Below are positions 17,336 to 26,083 of a DNA stretch of 64,000 nucleotides, piece by piece. The notes under the pieces are model-generated. The model was not told where the DNA came from. It made no database searches and worked only from the letters and a program-made list of their open reading frames with translations. Where the stretch lies: the IMG/VR virus record IMGVR_UViG_3300023240_000010. One strand, 5' to 3'. Source of the stretch: a virus. Within the stretch, counting starts at the first letter, position 1, and every line of letters starts with the position of its first letter. The position numbers and the translations under genes were made by a program.

Positions 17336-18441
17336 AATTCTAAGTCTAATTTTTCCCAAGGCAAATCTGCTTTGCCGAAATGACCGTAGTTGGTCGTAAG
17401 GTCTAATTGTAACATAAACAGATTGAACTTGTCAATGATTCCTTTTGGTGTCAGGTCAACTTTTTCACGAATCAGTGCCGCTAGATCGTTTCTAACCTTA
17501 CCGTCAGCAAATACGTGTAGACTTGTTGGTTCTTTCACACCAATCGCATAACTTAATTGAACAGTACAAGTGTCAGCAAAGGTTGAGGCAACAATGTTTT
17601 TAGCAAGATATCTCGCCATATATGCGCCACTTCTATCGACTTTAGTACAGTCTTTACCGCTAAACGCTCCACCTCCGTGTGGTGCGTATCCACCATAGGT
17701 GTCTACGATGATCTTTCGACCAGTTACGCCTGTATCACCGTCTGGACCACCAATGATGAATCTACCAGTCGGATTGATTAAGAACTCTGTATCTTCATCG
17801 AAGTAACCAGTAATTGCCCGCTTGACAATCTGAGTGATGAACGTCCGAATAATATCGAATGGATAATCTTCTGTGTGTTGACTACTGCAAACAACTTTAC
17901 TAATGCGTAGAGGAGTGCCATCATCGTTGTACTCCATCGTCACCTGTGCTTTAGCATCAGGACCCAGATATTCAGCACGACCACTCTTTCGTTCTTCGGT
18001 CAATAGTTGAAGTATCTTGTGACTGTGATATATCGCACTCGGCATATAATCTTCGGTCTCGGTACACGCATAACCAAACATCAGACCCTGATCACCAGCA
18101 CCAAAGTCATCAGTGCCTAAAGCAATAACAGCACTCTGTCCATGGATAAGATTGACAACATCTAGCGGATCCCAATGAAAATTCTTTTGCTCGTACCCAA
18201 TCTCTGCCACAACACGACGAACAATACCTTCAATTGTATGGCGAGTTTTCATCGACATAGGAGTATCACTTTTATATTCGCCCGCAACTACCACTGTATT
18301 GCTAGTCACTAGGGTTTCGATTGCCGCACGATTGTTTGGGTTCTTGTCAATAAGAAAATACGCGATACTATCAGATATAAGATCCGCTATTTTATCTGGA
18401 TGCCCCTCGCTAACACTCTCGCTGGTAAACTCATAACTCAT
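17332..18441 (-). CDS. metK: S-adenosylmethionine synthetase
   Basis: FTSESVSEGHPDK, GAGDQGLMFGYA, GGGAFSGKD.TKVDRS, YGHFG. Confidence 0.97.
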   Translation of the reverse strand: MSYEFTSESVSEGHPDKIADLISDSIAYFLIDKNPNNRAAIETLVTSNTVVVAGEYKSDTPMSMKTRHTIEGIVRRVVAEIGYEQKNFHWDPLDVVNLIHGQSAVIALGTDDFGAGDQGLMFGYACTETEDYMPSAIYHSHKILQLLTEERKSGRAEYLGPDAKAQVTMEYNDDGTPLRISKVVCSSQHTEDYPFDIIRTFITQIVKRAITGYFDEDTEFLINPTGRFIIGGPDGDTGVTGRKIIVDTYGGYAPHGGGAFSGKDCTKVDRSGAYMARYLAKNIVASTFADTCTVQLSYAIGVKEPTSLHVFADGKVRNDLAALIREKVDLTPKGIIDKFNLFMLQLDLTTNYGHFGKADLPWEKLDLEL

Positions 18442-18547
18442 TATTCTTCATCCTTACTTTTTATTTTCCCTATTAGATACAACAATTCATCTATTGATTC
18501 CAGATCTCCTTCATCATTAGTATCGATCTCGACCTCTATCTTGATAA

Positions 18548-18748
18548 TCATGCAGTGTACCATTCCCTAACTAGGCGCATAGCATCGATCTGTTGTCGAA
18601 TCAATACAGCATCTTTCACTGGATCGTCATCAAATATTGTCATACAGAGTGGATGCTTGTTTGCTCTGAAGTCATCAATCTGGCGAGTCAACTCTTGCAC
18701 CATAATAGCATCGACTTGCTCATGTTCCAATTCAATATTAATCGACAT
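18548..18748 (-). CDS. hypothetical protein
   Basis: coupled ORF. Confidence 0.6.
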   Translation of the reverse strand: MSINIELEHEQVDAIMVQELTRQIDDFRANKHPLCMTIFDDDPVKDAVLIRQQIDAMRLVREWYTA

Positions 18749-19010
18749 TGAGAATCACCTTAATATGATCGTATCCAACAACCGCTAACTTTACTCCATC
18801 ATTTTCGAATGGCATTGCTTTAGTCCAATCAAGAATCACCTTGATACCAGGAACAATATATTCACACTCAGCACCAACAGCAACCACTTCAGCAGGTTTA
18901 TTACCCGTTGTAATATCACCCGATAGAATAATACCGCTTGCTAACTGGGTATCTGCCACTGCAACTTCCTTTACTACTACATAATAACTCATTACTAACA
19001 TATTACTCAT
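18738..19010 (-). CDS. GroES-like co-chaperonin
   Basis: VVVKE....T..ASGIIL mobile loop, A.VVAVG. Confidence 0.75.
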   Translation of the reverse strand: MSNMLVMSYYVVVKEVAVADTQLASGIILSGDITTGNKPAEVVAVGAECEYIVPGIKVILDWTKAMPFENDGVKLAVVGYDHIKVILNVD

Positions 19011-19105
19011 CATCATCTCCGTCGTTTTCTTTTAAATCAAATGCTAACCATGCAAACAGTAAAACTACCATTACTATCATTCCTAAATATTGTCCGGAAC
19101 TCCAC

Positions 19106-19321
19106 TCACTTACTAATTCGATGTTCATTATCCTTATCTTCGCTAAAATGCTCCTTTGTAAATTGCACAGGATTCTTCAGAAACTCTTTATCCTCATCCT
19201 GCAGAATCTCATTCCAGTACCCTTTAGCAAGCATGGGTAACCAAACGAATATCCATTTGTAACCAAACCATATCATAAAGGGCATCATAATCCATTCAAT
19301 AGTACTAAACTCTTGCATCAT
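19106..19321 (-). CDS. small membrane protein
   Basis: Trp/Phe-rich hydrophobic segment. Confidence 0.55.
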   Translation of the reverse strand: MMQEFSTIEWIMMPFMIWFGYKWIFVWLPMLAKGYWNEILQDEDKEFLKNPVQFTKEHFSEDKDNEHRISK

Positions 19322-20112
19322 ATATTCCTATTTCTTTCGTTCGCTTCAACTACATTTTCAAGGAACGCCATATCAGTTCCCAACTCTTTGCCTACCTGAA
19401 TCATTGCACTCATGTCTTTGGGGAAACAATGTCCACCGTAACCGAACTCGCCATCAGGACCAGGCACTTGTGTGTGAGAGTCAGATACTCTCGGATCTAA
19501 ACATAACGCATCAATAATACAATCATAGTCTGCACCACCATCGCCATGACTGCCACCTCTATAATCATCGAGTACTTGCCACATCTGATTAAAGAATGAT
19601 ACTTTGGTCGCCAAATAACAGTTGAGGAAGTATTTAGTGAATGCTGCCTGAGATGCTGTACTCAAGAATCGAACATCTTTCAGATTAGGCATAACTGGTT
19701 TAAGCAGTTCGTGCCAATACCTCATCTCACCACCACCGTAGACCGCAAACTCTGAATCAGTGAAGTCTTTGAGATAGTTGAAACTAGTCGTACCACGAAT
19801 GTACTCAGGACTAAATGTGATGTTTTCATCACGGATGTCAAAGAAGACTGGATCAGTTGTTGACTTCACCAAATACTTTGTACCGCCATACTTAGCAAAC
19901 ACCTCTTCTAATGCAGTCGTATCGCACTTGCCGTCATCGCCTTGAGGAGTAGCAACACACACGATTACACCTTCGACGATTAATTCATCATCAACATAGA
20001 AACCCTTGTAAGGATCATCGATAAGAAGTTCAATCTTAGGATGGTCTTTTAGTGCCGCGTATATCGCTTGTCCGACTGGACCATAACCCGCAATTACAAT
20101 TTTCTTGCTCAT
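19318..20112 (-). CDS. UDP-glucose/GDP-mannose dehydrogenase family protein (lacks C-terminal domain)
   Basis: GYGPVG, VCVATP, KST, FSPEY, K...N.YLATKVSFFN, DPR, GYGGHCFPKD with catalytic Cys. Confidence 0.88.
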   Translation of the reverse strand: MSKKIVIAGYGPVGQAIYAALKDHPKIELLIDDPYKGFYVDDELIVEGVIVCVATPQGDDGKCDTTALEEVFAKYGGTKYLVKSTTDPVFFDIRDENITFSPEYIRGTTSFNYLKDFTDSEFAVYGGGEMRYWHELLKPVMPNLKDVRFLSTASQAAFTKYFLNCYLATKVSFFNQMWQVLDDYRGGSHGDGGADYDCIIDALCLDPRVSDSHTQVPGPDGEFGYGGHCFPKDMSAMIQVGKELGTDMAFLENVVEANERNRNI

Positions 20113-20409
20113 CTATTCCTCACCTAGAAAGTTCTCTATTTTGTTGCCGCCTACTTTATCTATATTGGTGCTTAATCTGTACAAATGCTTCAGCAAAAAG
20201 TAGTACGTGTCCCAGATTAACATGGGTAGAAAAAGCATTATAACTTTATGTTGTCGTTTCATGACACATCCTTTTCATAAATTTCAATATTCTCAGCAGG
20301 AACATTCAGAGCAATCAGATTACGTCTCATCTGTTCGGGATCTGATACGTTCCATACAATGTGTCTCTCACCTAAACTGTCGATATATTCGAGATTCATT
20401 ACGTTCATT

Positions 20410-20814
20410 TTATGCTGCCTTCTTCAGTTCAAGGGGAGTATAGATGTAAGGAGTGTTGTAGTTTCCAACATTCATAGAGAGGTAGTGACTGACGTGGAAG
20501 TAATCAGTCATTGCATCAGATTCATCGAAGAAGTCTGGTCCTTTCATCGCATCTTTCAGTTCAGTCAGGAACGCAACAACAGTGGCATCATCATAGTTCT
20601 CTTTGATCCAGTGTTCGTTGACTTGAATGTAATCACGCGGTCCGTACTCACTGACAGGCAAAGAACCGAGGATGTCTAAAGCACCACTCTTGATGTTTAC
20701 AACCAACACGCTGTGGTGACGAACGGCAATACTACCTTTCATGTTGTACTTCTTGAGGACTGCTTTGATAGCAGGAGCGAATTCTTTTTTCATTTCTTGA
20801 CTTACATACGCCAT
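20410..20814 (-). CDS. conserved hypothetical phage protein
   Basis: MAYVSQE.KK..AP.IKAVLKKY.MKGSI...SDAMTDYF. Confidence 0.8.
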   Translation of the reverse strand: MAYVSQEMKKEFAPAIKAVLKKYNMKGSIAVRHHSVLVVNIKSGALDILGSLPVSEYGPRDYIQVNEHWIKENYDDATVVAFLTELKDAMKGPDFFDESDAMTDYFHVSHYLSMNVGNYNTPYIYTPLELKKAA

Positions 20815-20850
20815 AATCATATCTCTCAGTAATCGTTCGAATCAGGTGCT

Positions 20851-20917
20851 ATTATATCAATGTTTGCTTGGTCTGTCAACACTATCCACATTTTTATTGT
20901 GAATAGTGATTATTCAT
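20851..20917 (-). promoter_or_regulatory. early promoter with (G/A)TGAAT-N7-ATTCAT palindrome
   Basis: TTGACA (20879-20874), 17 nt, TATAAT; palindrome 20899-20917. Confidence 0.85.
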
Positions 20918-21113
20918 GAAACTTATGACACTTCGGCATATGCTTCTTCTGCATCCAGAAAGATGCGGTAGGTGTGTTCAACACCCGCAGAATCTAAACT
21001 CTGTACATACTCAGCAATATTGCCAAAACAACCAAACTCAACAAAACGTCCAGTACTCATATCAACTAAAACACTCATAATATATCCTTTACAAATCAAT
21101 CAAATCAGACACT

Positions 21114-21178
21114 ATTATAACAAAAAAACGAACTGCTGTCAACAGTTCGCTTAGATTGTTTTGTTATAAGAACATAAC
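21114..21178 (-). promoter_or_regulatory. terminator/promoter hybrid plus second upstream motif
   Basis: GCGAACTG-TTGACAG-CAGTTCG-T7 hairpin holding the -35 box; TATAAT 21119-21114; GTTATAAGAACATAAC 21163-21178. Confidence 0.7.
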
Positions 21179-21181
21179 TTC

Positions 21182-21439
21182 TTATGCTTCGGGTGGATAA
21201 CCCTCGTACCAGTCAGTCACGGTGTCAACTCGAAAGGATCGCCATGCTTCTTTGTCTAATGACCAGACAGCGAAGTGATCGTTTTCTGATTTCTGTTCTA
21301 GTATCTCGGGTACATTATCTTGAGACAATGCTCGATTGAGGGTGCAAGGCATGATCCTTGTGCCGCCACCATTAATCTTCTCGAACTGAACTGTAACTAC
21401 GCCTACTTGTGCCGCTAATAAAAATTCTTCTTTATTCAT
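21182..21439 (-). CDS. SH3/Sm-like beta-barrel protein (WYL_2/DUF2693-like)
   Basis: V.V.F.K..G..R.M.CTLN...VW.LDKEAWRSFRVD.V. Confidence 0.75.
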   Translation of the reverse strand: MNKEEFLLAAQVGVVTVQFEKINGGGTRIMPCTLNRALSQDNVPEILEQKSENDHFAVWSLDKEAWRSFRVDTVTDWYEGYPPEA

Positions 21440-21735
21440 AAATCACCTTCCTTAACAAATATACCATCAACCATTTGACCCTTGCGGTCCTTAATATCAT
21501 CGTATGCAACATCTAAACAATGTTCTAATGATAAACCATTACGCTCTGCAATGTTAATCAATACTACCATGATGTCACCAATATCATCTGCTACGTCTTT
21601 GTTCTTACACACGTTATCAGACAACTCACCTACTTCTTGAATTAACTTACAAACTTGATCCTTATCACTTGCGCCATCAATTAGATTGCGGTCGATATGC
21701 CATTGTTTCACTTGTTGTATTCTTTGTTCTATCAT
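21436..21735 (-). CDS. MazG-like nucleotide pyrophosphohydrolase
   Basis: W..DRNL, KL..EVGEL, DDIGDIMVVL, CL..AYDDIKDRKG...DG.FVKE. Confidence 0.88.
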   Translation of the reverse strand: MIEQRIQQVKQWHIDRNLIDGASDKDQVCKLIQEVGELSDNVCKNKDVADDIGDIMVVLINIAERNGLSLEHCLDVAYDDIKDRKGQMVDGIFVKEGDL

Positions 21736-21850
21736 TTGTTACCTCATTATATACTTTAGTTTTTGCTTCGTCTTTTCGCTCATTTAAATCCCATACTGAT
21801 CTTTGTCTTCTTTGTAAAGTTCTTATCTGAGCAACACTTCTCCGCACGTA

Positions 21851-22090
21851 CTATTCTCCTTGATAGATTTTCTTTAAGTACAATTCAAACTCTTCTACTT
21901 TGCCAGTTCTATTTGGCCAATAAATGTAATCTTTTTCTGGGTTTTTCTTTAAGTTCTCTAACAATGGTAGAATGCCATTATACAACATATCTAACCTATT
22001 TGCAACCAAAATCTCACTTTCTTTTGCAACAGTTACAGTTTCAAGTTCATCCTCTGTAACTGCTGTGAATCCAAAATCGAAGATGTCACT
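21851..22090 (-). CDS. conserved hypothetical T4-like phage protein
   Basis: FDFGFTAV.E.EL...PLL.NLK.NPEKDYIYWPNR. Confidence 0.75.
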   Translation of the reverse strand, partial: SDIFDFGFTAVTEDELETVTVAKESEILVANRLDMLYNGILPLLENLKKNPEKDYIYWPNRTGKVEEFELYLKKIYQGE

Positions 22091-22629
22091 CACTTCGCTA
22101 ATTCCCTTTCAAGAAATGCTTTGCCTGCTTTCGCTGCCGCTTCATCCCATTCTTTTGGTGTTACGTCGTTCAATGATCTTTCTTTATTAGGGAATTCATT
22201 ACCAACTGATTTTTCATGCGACCACTCTATATCTTCGAATGATAATTTACTTTCGATGGAATCTTCTCGTGGGAAGTCAAATGTTACGGTGTACTCGTCA
22301 AGATTTGTAGGACCAGACACAGCATAATCATAGTCATCTTCAGACATAGTTTCTTCTGAGTGAAGACGATCATGCTCATACAGTGCAAAAAATCCATAAT
22401 GAATAATCTTCACAATATCTTTGCGGTGATCTGCGGGTTCACCCTTCTTACCATATCGACCATTGTACTTGTCAACATTACCAAGAAAGAACCCTATACC
22501 ATGACCACGGTCAACGATTACTTCACTCGACTGTAATCCTCCCTGTCCATAATGACCATCATAAGTCTGGTCAATATACTTTGTGAACTCAGCAATCAGT
22601 TGGTCTTCTCTAAATTTATAGTTCGGCAT
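22090..22629 (-). CDS. DUF3310-like (nucleotide-kinase-related) protein with acidic C-terminal extension
   Basis: YKF.ED......YID.TY..HY, GF.LGN..KY..RYGKKG...RKD..K.IHY. Confidence 0.65.
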   Translation of the reverse strand: MPNYKFREDQLIAEFTKYIDQTYDGHYGQGGLQSSEVIVDRGHGIGFFLGNVDKYNGRYGKKGEPADHRKDIVKIIHYGFFALYEHDRLHSEETMSEDDYDYAVSGPTNLDEYTVTFDFPREDSIESKLSFEDIEWSHEKSVGNEFPNKERSLNDVTPKEWDEAAAKAGKAFLERELAK

Positions 22630-23140
22630 TTTTGTTCACCTCAATTAACATGGTCTGTGCATCTGATACTTCAAAGGGATCTGTCGGACAATTATTACCG
22701 AATCCTCGCTCTTCGAACAGTTTCATGATTCTCATATCTTGAACTAGCATAGAGTATCTCCAAGAACGCTTACCGAATCCAAGATTAGTCTTGTCAACTA
22801 ACATTCCTAGACTCTCTGCGAAGTCACCATTGCCATCAGGCAACATCTTAACATTCTTGATATCAAGATTCTTTGCCCACTGGAACATACTGAAAGCATC
22901 GTTCACCGAGGTGCACCAAACTTCATCAATACCCGCTTCCATGAACTCATTATAAAGTCCCTCATAACCCGGCAGTTGCTCATTAGAACAAGTGGGTGTG
23001 AACGCTCCTGGTAGACCAAAGATGACCACATTCTTTCCTGCAAATAAATCTTTGCTGGTCTTGTACGACCACACGAATGGGTTGTCATCGTTGCTGTCTA
23101 CTCGCTCTCTCATATAAAACATTGTATCTGGGACTAACAT
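22616..23140 (-). CDS. peroxiredoxin (Prx5/Redoxin family)
   Basis: PGAFTPTCS, SVND.F.M..W, DGNG.F, GKRSWRYSM. Confidence 0.93.
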   Translation of the reverse strand: MLVPDTMFYMRERVDSNDDNPFVWSYKTSKDLFAGKNVVIFGLPGAFTPTCSNEQLPGYEGLYNEFMEAGIDEVWCTSVNDAFSMFQWAKNLDIKNVKMLPDGNGDFAESLGMLVDKTNLGFGKRSWRYSMLVQDMRIMKLFEERGFGNNCPTDPFEVSDAQTMLIEVNKNAEL

Positions 23141-23153
23141 AATATAATTCCTA

Positions 23154-23357
23154 TTAATTAAGTTTCTTTTCATTTCCATCGTAATCAGTGACAAACACAT
23201 TCAGGTCATCATCAACTTCAATACTCTTTACTTTTAATAATGTAAGCAGGGACTGCCATACGTCAGACATCCCCTCCTTTACTCCTACTGCTTTACCTAC
23301 ATAGAATGATATTCCCATGCAACCGATTGCTATTAATGTATGTAAAACTGGATCCAT
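23154..23357 (-). CDS. small membrane protein
   Basis: MDPVLHTLIA.GC....YVG; GGAGA RBS. Confidence 0.6.
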   Translation of the reverse strand: MDPVLHTLIAIGCMGISFYVGKAVGVKEGMSDVWQSLLTLLKVKSIEVDDDLNVFVTDYDGNEKKLN

Positions 23358-23367
23358 TTCTATTCTC

Positions 23368-24738
23368 CTAGAACATTTTGATTGCAGATAGATTCTTACC
23401 ACTCGGTACATTTTTCATCATAACTTTATCATCAGTAAGTGTTTGCTGTGAAGGATCAATGTCATATAGACGCATTTTAGATCGATCAACACCAACGACG
23501 AATCGTTTCTCCACTTCCAGATCATTGTAGCGATTCTTCAACTGCTTTACCATGATTTGATTGAGACTTGCTAACTCTTCGTTACTGATCAACGCGAACA
23601 TCAAATCGGCAGTTGCAGGTAGTCCGAACGATTCACTAGTATCCTCAAGACCGGGATCAGAGTTGCCAAATCCTGATCGTGTAGTCTGAGTCGCAGACAT
23701 AACAGGAACATTGAACTCTACAGCAAGACCGCGTAACTCTTCGGCGATTGCTTTAATATATGTATAAGAGTTGATTGCTCCACCCATACTCTTCATTCTC
23801 GCACTCGCACATATGTTTAAGTAGTCAATGAATATTATATCAGGAACGAACTTCTTTTTCAACTTTAATTCGTTCAACAATGCACGAAAGTGACCGCTGT
23901 GTGCCGCACCAGTCGGATACTCTTTAATGATTAACTTACCATTAGTACCTGAAGCAACTTTCTTGACCCTATCACTAAACATAGTCTTCGACAAATTCTC
24001 TAACTGGTCAATAGGAACATTCAGTAAGTTAGCATCAATACGTTCTGCGATACGCTCTTCTGCCATCTCCATAGTAATGTATAGAGCATTACGTCCTTGT
24101 GATAAAGCATTTGCTGCCACGTGACACATGAACAGAGACTTACCAACACCAGTACCAGCAAGACAGATATTCAAAGTCTTATTGGGTAATCCACCCTTAG
24201 TGATAGTATTGAACTGTGACAAGTCAAACGGCAGGCGTTCTTCTTGCTCATGGTAAAAGTTATAACGACCCTCAACATCTTCGAGATAATCATGACCTAC
24301 ATTGTTATCAAAACATACTGACAGTGCTTGCGTAAGAATATCAGGCAGAGCATCTTTAGTATACGTCTGGTGTTTACCATCGATGACCGCAATCGATTCC
24401 ATGATAGCAAGATATACAGCACGATCTTGGCACCACTTCTCAGTAGTATCTAACAACCAATCTTCGTTCTCAGGTGAGTGAGTGAAGATGGTTGGCAGAA
24501 TATCCATTGCGTGGGTGTAAGTTTGTTCAGTGAATGAATCACACTGGTCAATCTCGATCTTGAATGATTCAATAGTAGGTAACGCATTGAATCTTGCGAC
24601 GAACTTCGTGACTTCAGTGAACAATAAAGAGTAAACACCTTCGAAGTACTCCTTCTTCAGATGAGGAATAACTTTACGTAAGTAAGGTTCATTCGTCAAC
24701 AAGTTTCTTAATATAGTTTGTTCTAAGTCAATCTTCAA
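23368..24738 (-). CDS. 41: replicative DNA helicase gp41
   Basis: Walker A AGTGVGKS, ITMEMAEE, DYLNICAS, TSESFGLPATAD, KQLKNRY. Confidence 0.96.
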   Translation of the reverse strand: MKIDLEQTILRNLLTNEPYLRKVIPHLKKEYFEGVYSLLFTEVTKFVARFNALPTIESFKIEIDQCDSFTEQTYTHAMDILPTIFTHSPENEDWLLDTTEKWCQDRAVYLAIMESIAVIDGKHQTYTKDALPDILTQALSVCFDNNVGHDYLEDVEGRYNFYHEQEERLPFDLSQFNTITKGGLPNKTLNICLAGTGVGKSLFMCHVAANALSQGRNALYITMEMAEERIAERIDANLLNVPIDQLENLSKTMFSDRVKKVASGTNGKLIIKEYPTGAAHSGHFRALLNELKLKKKFVPDIIFIDYLNICASARMKSMGGAINSYTYIKAIAEELRGLAVEFNVPVMSATQTTRSGFGNSDPGLEDTSESFGLPATADLMFALISNEELASLNQIMVKQLKNRYNDLEVEKRFVVGVDRSKMRLYDIDPSQQTLTDDKVMMKNVPSGKNLSAIKMF

Positions 24739-24740
24739 TT

Positions 24741-25049
24741 CTATTCCTCAGAGTCAGGGTTTCCCAACTGTAGTTGTCCTTCTTGTGCTGCCTTCTCTAG
24801 GATACTCTCTAGTACAGCACCAGCATAATCCTGCATCTCAACGTCATCTTCATTAATGCCGCTTGGAGTTGATTGTATCACAAAACTGAAGTTTAAGCAA
24901 CCATCTTCTGCATTAAATTTGATATTCCCATATCTCATTACAGTTTCAACGAATGGACCAGACATGAGACGTACATCCCACGCCTGGTCATTCTCAGTGC
25001 CGTCAGCAGGGACCAACTCGTAGTCAGTCCCCTCTATCATAGCAGTCAT
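24741..25049 (-). CDS. hypothetical protein (position of T4 gp40)
   Basis: between uvsX and gp41. Confidence 0.65.
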   Translation of the reverse strand: MTAMIEGTDYELVPADGTENDQAWDVRLMSGPFVETVMRYGNIKFNAEDGCLNFSFVIQSTPSGINEDDVEMQDYAGAVLESILEKAAQEGQLQLGNPDSEE

Positions 25050-26080
25050 TACCCTTCCTCGATCAGTGCATCTAAGTCAATAGTGGATCGCTTACCAATA
25101 CAGTAAGTCGATTCAACCAAGTCTTTGAAACCCTGTTGACTGAGAATGTCTTCCCAGAACTCTTCGGTAAGAGTATCTTTCTGACGGACTTTATTCTCAC
25201 TGCCCGCTTTCTGATACCAACCATTAGATGGTTTAGTAACATAACCACCGCCAAGTGCAATGTCAAGTAGACCAGAATACTGCTCGATACCACCTTCCCA
25301 CGTCACCGTGATTGGAATCTTAGACTGCTCTTTAACATATCGAGACTTCTCTACTTTAACGATGAAGTCATAACCCATCACTTCTGTACCCGTCTTGTTC
25401 TGGCGACGACCAATGATCCAGATGTTATCAGCACTATAATAGATGCCCGTACCACCGCCAACGATGTCTTTAGGGAACAGACCAATCTCTTTATAAGTGT
25501 GATTGATAGCAAGCAATGGAATGTTACGCATAGTCAAGTAAGGAGTGGTCATACGGAACAGACCCTTCAATGCTTTTGCACGAGACATATCAGCAACAGA
25601 TTTTTCATTGATAGCATCTTCAAGTTCTTTCTTAGATGCAAGATTACCAATAGAATCAATAACAATAATTACTTTATCATTCTTCTCGATTGTCTCAAGT
25701 TGACCAATCAAATCAAACTTGAGTTCTTCGACATTACGAATAGGTGTATGGAGTACACGATCCACATCGATGCCGAATGCAGTGAAGTACGACTGCGGCG
25801 AACCAAACTCAGAATCATAGAACAACATGATTGCTTCTGGATCTGCTTTTAGATATGCCGAAGCAATCTTCAATGCAAAGGATGTCTTGAAGTGCTTCGA
25901 TGGTCCAGCAAGAACAGTCATGCCAGACACCAAACCACCATCAAGTTTACCTGATAGTGCCACATTTAACATGGGCACATCAATAGGAGTTACTTCTTTA
26001 TCACCGAAGAACTCGGACTTGGACAACACATTGGTGCCCTTAATCTTAGAGTTCTTTTTCAATTTATCCATTACAGACAT
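25049..26080 (-). CDS. uvsX: RecA-like recombinase UvsX
   Basis: AGPSKHFKT, YDSEFG, DSIGNLASKKE, SVADMSRAKALK. Confidence 0.96.
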   Translation of the reverse strand: MSVMDKLKKNSKIKGTNVLSKSEFFGDKEVTPIDVPMLNVALSGKLDGGLVSGMTVLAGPSKHFKTSFALKIASAYLKADPEAIMLFYDSEFGSPQSYFTAFGIDVDRVLHTPIRNVEELKFDLIGQLETIEKNDKVIIVIDSIGNLASKKELEDAINEKSVADMSRAKALKGLFRMTTPYLTMRNIPLLAINHTYKEIGLFPKDIVGGGTGIYYSADNIWIIGRRQNKTGTEVMGYDFIVKVEKSRYVKEQSKIPITVTWEGGIEQYSGLLDIALGGGYVTKPSNGWYQKAGSENKVRQKDTLTEEFWEDILSQQGFKDLVESTYCIGKRSTIDLDALIEEG

Positions 26081-26083
26081 ATA

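Noticed and set aside
202-20917. Palindromic repeats as a CRISPR array
   Set aside because: Copies are hundreds to thousands of bases apart, separated by genes and tied to promoters; there is no repeat-spacer periodicity and no cas gene.
20113-21078. Apparent gaps as tRNA/ncRNA loci
   Set aside because: They are filled by short minus-strand ORFs of about 50 aa; no tRNA cloverleaf was recognised here or elsewhere in the window (tRNAscan not run).
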